Origin: a virus
Taxonomy: Duplodnaviria > Caudoviricetes
Virus record (IMG/VR): IMGVR_UViG_3300031953_000088
Location: 1-26,237 of that record
Direction: 5' to 3' (one strand)
Length of the DNA: 26,237 nt
The number at the start of each line of letters is the position of its first letter. Position 1 is the stretch's first letter. The notes under the pieces were generated by a model. It did not search any database. It was not told where the DNA came from and worked only from the letters and a program-made list of their open reading frames with translations. Position numbers and translations under genes: made by a program. Positions 1 to 5,025 of the stretch are shown here, one piece after another.

Positions 1-7
1 GCCTCAG

Positions 8-35
8 ATACTAGCAGTTAGCACAGGGATTGCAA
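8..35 (-). promoter_or_regulatory. Putative leftward sigma70 promoter
   Basis: Minus strand reads TTGCAA (35-30), 16 nt, TAGTAT (13-8), with an extended -10 TGn. It points out of the window. Confidence 0.4.
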
Positions 36-86
36 TACTTTTTATGCCTATCTTTAGCGCCTCCCTTTAGTGTATCGAATGCTAGG

Positions 87-215
<129 letters not shown>

Positions 216-299
216 GGTGCGCAGGTCGCGGCTCAGTACCCCCGGGGACCCCTTTCGCGGCCGGCTTTGGGCGCGGACACTGATTCAGTGTCCAGCCTC

Positions 300-368
300 A
301 AATCATCGAAAATTCCGCGAAAAATTTTGCAGAAAAACCTAGACAACATTTTTGTATTACTTTAAAGT
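300..368 (+). promoter_or_regulatory. Putative sigma70 promoter with upstream A-tracts, driving the accessory cluster
   Basis: TAGACA (340-345), 17 nt, TAAAGT (363-368). Four A-tracts lie between 300 and 337. It sits 31 nt before the first ATG at 400. Confidence 0.6.
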
Positions 369-399
369 GAAGTCCTCAAGTCTGAACACGGAGCACGCC

Positions 400-666
400 A
401 TGTCTCGCACTACGCGCGGCGCCAAAGCACCCGGCTACGAGTACTGGTCACGCAGGCTTGGCGGAGCACCTATCCCGGGACGGCACAGCAAGAAGCACAC
501 GCACAAGGTGGAGCGTTTGGCAGAGCCCGAAATCATCGAAGACGGCCTGCGGGAGAGTGAGCCGTCGGACGAAGAGGTGTGCTTCATCTGCCACAGGTCC
601 CACCCGTGGGAGCCGGACGAGGACACTTGCGAGCAGTACATCATCGACCGTATACGCTACGGCTGA
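400..666 (+). CDS. Small hypothetical phage protein (basic N-terminus, acidic C-terminus with C-x2-C-x3-H-x8-C)
   Basis: GGAG RBS then ATG at 400. Begins MSRTTRGAKAPGYEYWSRR and contains CFICHRSHPWEPDEDTC. Confidence 0.75.
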   Translation: MSRTTRGAKAPGYEYWSRRLGGAPIPGRHSKKHTHKVERLAEPEIIEDGLRESEPSDEEVCFICHRSHPWEPDEDTCEQYIIDRIRYG

Positions 667-678
667 TTACGAAGCAGT

Positions 679-708
679 CGTCCTGGGTCATGACGTGAAT
701 CTGGCCTG
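679..708 (+). other. Predicted H-type RNA pseudoknot in the acb2 leader
   Basis: CGTC (679-682) pairs with GACG (692-695). Loop GGGTCA (685-690) pairs with TGGCCT (702-707), including two G-U pairs. Confidence 0.45.
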
Positions 709-737
709 ACACCTTTAACTTGGAAACGGAGCACAAC

Positions 738-983
738 ATGGACAACCAGCACAAGAAAATCAAAGGCTACCGGGATCTATCCCAAGCCGAAATCGACTTG
801 ATGAACAAGATCAAAGAAAAGGCTGCCGAAGTAGGCGAGCTGTGCGACTCACTGAGGAAGGCGGAGTTCGCAACAACTTCCGACGAGCAGCCCGATCCAC
901 GCTGGCTGTCTGTCGGCGTGACGGATCTGCAAAAGGGATTTATGGCGCTGACACGCTCAATTGCGAAGCCGGGGTTCTTTTAG
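738..983 (+). CDS. acb2: Anti-CBASS protein Acb2 (T4 Vs.4 family), cyclic di/trinucleotide sponge
   Basis: MDNQHKKIKGYRDLSQAEIDLMNKIK...PRWLSVGVTDLQKGFMALTRSIAKPGFF closely follows Pseudomonas phage Acb2 as recalled. Y11 and K26 are retained. GGAG RBS precedes ATG 738. Confidence 0.93.
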   Translation: MDNQHKKIKGYRDLSQAEIDLMNKIKEKAAEVGELCDSLRKAEFATTSDEQPDPRWLSVGVTDLQKGFMALTRSIAKPGFF

Positions 984-993
984 CCTAAAACCC

Positions 994-1029
994 AAAAGCC
1001 CCGGCTAGCGCTTGGCAGTGCTACGGGGT
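994..1029 (-). terminator. Intergenic hairpin; reads as an intrinsic terminator on the minus strand
   Basis: AAAAG-CCCCG-GC-TAGCGC-ttggca-GTGCTA-CGGGG. On the minus strand the stem is followed by CTTTTGGGTTTT. Confidence 0.5.
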
Positions 1030-1051
1030 CACTCACTAAACGGAGCACAAC

Positions 1052-1402
1052 ATGCCGCTATACCAGAAAGCACAGACCCAGGAACTCACCCCTTGGGACG
1101 GCACGGTCGACATGCTCACTGTCAGCATCGCCCCCGGCGACATCGCCAATGGCAGCCCGACACTGGGCGACATGATCGCCGTCAACGCGGACGACCCCAA
1201 CGATCGGTGGTTGGTGTCCCAGGCGCTCTTCGAAGCGAACTACGTACCCGTGGGTGACTCCGCGCTGCTACAGGAGCAACGTCTTCGATGGCGCATGGAG
1301 CTCATAGCCCGCGTGACGGCGCACACTGGCGAGTCACTGGCGTTCACGGCCAACGACCTCATCACCGCGGAGAAGCGACTGATTGGGGGTATCTACGAAT
1401 GA
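1052..1402 (+). CDS. Conserved-looking hypothetical phage protein (SPxxGDMIAxN...W...FxxNY motif)
   Basis: Same 17-nt leader as acb2. Contains GSPTLGDMIAVNADDPNDRWLVSQALFEANY. Confidence 0.8.
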   Translation: MPLYQKAQTQELTPWDGTVDMLTVSIAPGDIANGSPTLGDMIAVNADDPNDRWLVSQALFEANYVPVGDSALLQEQRLRWRMELIARVTAHTGESLAFTANDLITAEKRLIGGIYE

Positions 1403-1740
1403 TTGATTTTGCGAGAGCACCCCTCAAGACCGAGGGCGGCACAGTCCGGTGTGAGGGTGGCGTTCCGATGTACACGCGTCCTGACACGACCTACCATCAA
1501 GCGGGAGCTGGCCGGATGAAACTTATTAAGCGTTACCGAGAAGGTGGCGACCCCGCGCACCTACAGTGGGGCAATGAGCGTACGTACTGGTGCCTGTGTT
1601 TTATTGCTACGTGGGGCGCCAGGGTGTGGCGACTAAAGTTTCGCTGGCGGAAGCGTAACAACCCGGGTCGTAGGCCTAACGGCACAGGCCCCGCGATGGT
1701 ACTGACTTGGCGGAGCGCGACACTAGGCACAGCAGAATGA
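1399..1740 (+). CDS. Hypothetical basic, Trp/Arg-rich protein
   Basis: ATGA overlap with the previous stop; fills the gap to the next leader. The start is uncertain (alternative ATG near 1516). Confidence 0.55.
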   Translation: MIDFARAPLKTEGGTVRCEGGVPMYTRPDTTYHQAGAGRMKLIKRYREGGDPAHLQWGNERTYWCLCFIATWGARVWRLKFRWRKRNNPGRRPNGTGPAMVLTWRSATLGTAE

Positions 1741-1789
1741 TCTACCTGAAAACACAGAAGCCAACTAACCCGAGAAACGGAGTAACTAC

Positions 1790-2383
1790 ATGATTAAATT
1801 ACTGACAGCACTGGCCGCCATTACGTTGTTCGCAACCCCTATGGCCTTCGCAGGATCGAACGTGAACAACTGCTCGGGCGCAAGTATTTGCACCATCGGG
1901 GGCGGCATAGGAGCGAAAGGGGACCGTGGCCCCAAGGGGCACAAAGGTGACCGAGGCATCGCAGGTACTAACGGCGTGGCTGGCATCGCAGGCACAAACG
2001 GTACCAACGGTATCAACGGTATCAACGGAGCAGATGGTACTGACGGTATGGATGGCATCAACGGGGCAGATGGCGCCGACGCGACGTTGGACCAAGAGCT
2101 TGTAGACCGGTACATCCGTAACAGCCGCTATACCGACAAGCACGTGTCTGCGGGAATCGCCACGGCAACTGCAGCGGCCAACCACCACTTTGATGTCTCC
2201 CCTAATGCCGGCGCACAGATCGCCATATCCGGCGCTACGTTCAACGGGCAGTCCGCGGCAAGCGTAGCCTTTGGCGCACCTGTAGGCGAGCGCGTGTTTA
2301 TCAATTGGTCTCTTACCAGCAATAGTGGTCCCGCCAGGAGCGCAGCGTTCGGTGTGGGCGCTACCCTGAAGCTAGGCCAGTAG
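1790..2383 (+). CDS. Minimal trimeric autotransporter-like protein: signal peptide, collagen-like stalk, YadA-type anchor
   Basis: Signal peptide MIKLLTALAAITLFATPMAFA, then 19 consecutive Gly-X-Y triplets (GAK...GAD). The SAGIATATAAA helix is followed by four amphipathic strands including GATFNGQSAASVAFG. Confidence 0.82.
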   Translation: MIKLLTALAAITLFATPMAFAGSNVNNCSGASICTIGGGIGAKGDRGPKGHKGDRGIAGTNGVAGIAGTNGTNGINGINGADGTDGMDGINGADGADATLDQELVDRYIRNSRYTDKHVSAGIATATAAANHHFDVSPNAGAQIAISGATFNGQSAASVAFGAPVGERVFINWSLTSNSGPARSAAFGVGATLKLGQ

Positions 2384-2509
2384 CCTGACGATGCCAAGGA
2401 CGGCGTAGCGCGACACGGGAGCACGAGTATACGTAACACGAGAAACCTATACACATGGCCTCCCACATGCATAGATTTCGCCGTTTTCTTTACAGAAGGA
2501 TGCTGAAGA

Positions 2510-2926
2510 ATGATTGACCACCTATACTCCGTCCCCGTCTACACCCGCGTCCTGCAGTTCGCCTACGCCAACCACAAGAATTGGAACGACGCCATCGCCT
2601 TGGGTCCCGTCAAGTGGGTCACCGACGTGCTTCCTCGCATCGACCTTGGCAGCGAGTCCGGCAAGACCACGGCCGCGGCCAACTTCGCGGAGCAGTTCGG
2701 TGACGTGATTGTCGTGGCCCGTACGACAGACCTCGCGACCAACCTCAGCCATAGGCGTCCGGCGGCGAGGGTGTTTAGCCTTGATTGGCTGGACAGGCTC
2801 ATCCCTCACTACTTCGACACGACGGGTCCGATGTTCGTGTTCGACGATGTGGCGGCCAAGGACGTTACCGCTGTGTTGGTGAAGTTCAAGCCGACGCGGT
2901 TCGCTCACTTGGGCCTGTGGTACTGA
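2510..2926 (+). CDS. Hypothetical protein with degenerate P-loop motifs
   Basis: AAGGA RBS. RIDLGSESGKTT is Walker A-like and MFVFDD is Walker B-like, in only 138 aa. Confidence 0.65.
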   Translation: MIDHLYSVPVYTRVLQFAYANHKNWNDAIALGPVKWVTDVLPRIDLGSESGKTTAAANFAEQFGDVIVVARTTDLATNLSHRRPAARVFSLDWLDRLIPHYFDTTGPMFVFDDVAAKDVTAVLVKFKPTRFAHLGLWY

Positions 2927-2968
2927 TCGCGGTACACGGACCCCGCCTCACTTTTAAGGAGCATGCAC

Positions 2969-3397
2969 GTGACCACAATAGCGTACAAAGACGGCGTCAT
3001 CGCCTACGACTCTCGTTGCTGTCGCAACGGATACGTAGAGACGGATAACATCGATAAGTGCCAGGAGTACAAGGGCCACCGATTCTTCCTCTCTGGATCG
3101 CTTAACGCACACGAAGCGCTGATCCAAGCGTTGGTGGACGGCGATGACCATGACGAGCTGGATTCCGGAGGCCTGATGGTCGATCCCGCAGGGGTGTTGT
3201 GGTTCGTGGGTGGATGTGATGAACCCTGGAAGTATCACCACGACCGTCTCCTCCCGACCGCCAGCGGCTCAGGAACCCCGTGGGCACTGGCCGCCATGGA
3301 CTTCGGCTGTACAGCCAAACAGGCCGTCAAGTACGCCATGACCCGCGACCCGGGTACGGGCGGCAAGGTCCGTACGTTCAAGGTGGCACGCAAATGA
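2969..3397 (+). CDS. HslV/proteasome-beta-like N-terminal-nucleophile (Thr) protease
   Basis: AAGGAG lies 7 nt before GTG 2969, giving M-TTIAYKDGVIAYDSR with an N-terminal Thr. Also has the SGSG motif and ALAAMDFG...AVKYA...DPGTGG. Confidence 0.85.
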   Translation: MTTIAYKDGVIAYDSRCCRNGYVETDNIDKCQEYKGHRFFLSGSLNAHEALIQALVDGDDHDELDSGGLMVDPAGVLWFVGGCDEPWKYHHDRLLPTASGSGTPWALAAMDFGCTAKQAVKYAMTRDPGTGGKVRTFKVARK

Positions 3398-3498
3398 CCG
3401 CCGGTGCTGGCACGGGCGTCGAAGCGACAGCCCGGAAACCTGACATTTCAGTCGTTTGCGGTTAACATCAAGCCTACCGCAGTGAGAGGCGATAGGTT

Positions 3499-5025
3499 AT
3501 GGCACGGGCTAACGTCACTGATACCCAGATTCTACAGGCACTGGAGTCACTTCGAAGTATCCCGCAGGCGGCGACGCAGCTTGGGATGAAGTACGACACG
3601 CTCCAGAAGCGCGTCCAGCGGCTTAGGCGGCGAGGTCAGGTTACGGCCGACGATCGCGTACGTCGCACACGCAGGTATGTGGTCACGTCGGCACAGGACA
3701 GCACGGCGTACCACGAACCGTTCTTTGCAGCCCTTCAGCACTATTGCAACCACGTCAAAGCCACGCTGATTGTTATTCCCGTCAACTACGAAAACATCAC
3801 ACTCACATCGAAAAACGGCAAAGAAGATAAGTGGTGGCCCGCGCCCCTGGTAAAGCATCTGTGCCATGAACGGATCATGGTCAATGATAACCTGACGATC
3901 ATGGGCGATGTGTCGGTGAACGCGACCAACGTGAACCCGCTGACCGGTCTGCAGACGATCACCGGTAAAAAGTCAGGGATCTTTGGACACGGCCAGCTGG
4001 AGATGCGGGTCATACCGACACCGCTGTCGAAACTTCCAAAGAAGCTGCAGACGACCGGGTCGATTTCGGTGCCGAACTACTCGGCTACGAAGGCCGGCAA
4101 GATTGCCGAGGACAACCACTGCATCGGTGCGGTCGTCGTGGAGACGTTAGGCGACAAGTTCTGGGTCCGGCAGTTGCGAGCCGAGGACAACGGGACGTTC
4201 TACGACCTGAGTCTGAAGGCGACGCCTGAGGGTGTGACGCACAGCGACCACTCACTGGGCCTAGTGTGCGGGGACATCCATTGGGACTGGATCTGCCCTC
4301 AAGTGTTGAAAGCGACGTTCACGGACAGGGAGAGCATCGTGAATGTACTCCGTCCCAAGCAGGTGGTGATCCATGATATCTTCGACGGGTACAGTGGCTC
4401 GCACCACCATCACAAGGACCCACTGCTGCAGTTCCACAAGCACCACCATGGTACGAACAGTGTGGAGCGGGAGCTGGACCGGTTAATCGAAGGGCTGCGG
4501 ATCATGTCGACGCGGCCGTTGATCGTGGTGGACAGCAACCACAACCGACACTTCAGCCGCTGGTTGAACGAGTGTAACCCGTCCCATGACCATGAGAATG
4601 CAGAGCTGTATTACCGGGTGCGGCTGGCCCAAGTACAGCAGGCTAGACTAGAGGCCAACCCGAGGGCGCTGATGGACCCACTGGAGTGGTACATTAAGCA
4701 GAAGATTACCGACATCGACATCACGTTCATCAGCCATGACAGCGGCCACGCGTTGGGACGGTACGACATCACCAACCACGGTGACATCGGGGCCAACGGC
4801 TCACGGGGCAGTGCACAGCAGTTCACGAGGTTTGGTGGGTACTACATCCTCGGACACAGCCACACGCCGGGGGTCTACAAGAACGTGCTGCAGACGGGTA
4901 CCAGTACGGTCCTTAACTTGCCGTACGTGACTGGCCCGAGCAGCTGGTTGAACAGCCACGTGCTGGTGTACCCGAACGGCTTGGCGACCCATATTGACAT
5001 CATTGACGGCCGGTGGAGGGCTTGA
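3499..5025 (+). CDS. T5 A1-like protein: N-terminal HTH plus calcineurin-like metallophosphoesterase/nuclease domain
   Basis: Metal motifs GDIH, HDIFDG, SNH, HGD and GHSH occur in canonical order. A1-family blocks RYVVTSAQ, NPLTGL and TTGSISVPNY...KAG are present. SIPQAATQLGMKYDTLQKRV is HTH-like. Confidence 0.8.
   Translation: MARANVTDTQILQALESLRSIPQAATQLGMKYDTLQKRVQRLRRRGQVTADDRVRRTRRYVVTSAQDSTAYHEPFFAALQHYCNHVKATLIVIPVNYENITLTSKNGKEDKWWPAPLVKHLCHERIMVNDNLTIMGDVSVNATNVNPLTGLQTITGKKSGIFGHGQLEMRVIPTPLSKLPKKLQTTGSISVPNYSATKAGKIAEDNHCIGAVVVETLGDKFWVRQLRAEDNGTFYDLSLKATPEGVTHSDHSLGLVCGDIHWDWICPQVLKATFTDRESIVNVLRPKQVVIHDIFDGYSGSHHHHKDPLLQFHKHHHGTNSVERELDRLIEGLRIMSTRPLIVVDSNHNRHFSRWLNECNPSHDHENAELYYRVRLAQVQQARLEANPRALMDPLEWYIKQKITDIDITFISHDSGHALGRYDITNHGDIGANGSRGSAQQFTRFGGYYILGHSHTPGVYKNVLQTGTSTVLNLPYVTGPSSWLNSHVLVYPNGLATHIDIIDGRWRA

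Noticed and set aside
352-399. Longer upstream starts in the ORF track (352, 720, 1288, 2963, 5013, 7538, 11864, 13886, 24073, 24515)
   Set aside because: Downstream starts have proper RBS spacing or stop-start coupling and give family-typical N-termini.
1912-2082. Collagen repeat read as a tail-fibre gene
   Set aside because: A cleavable signal peptide and YadA-like anchor point to host envelope export, and the gene is outside the structural module.
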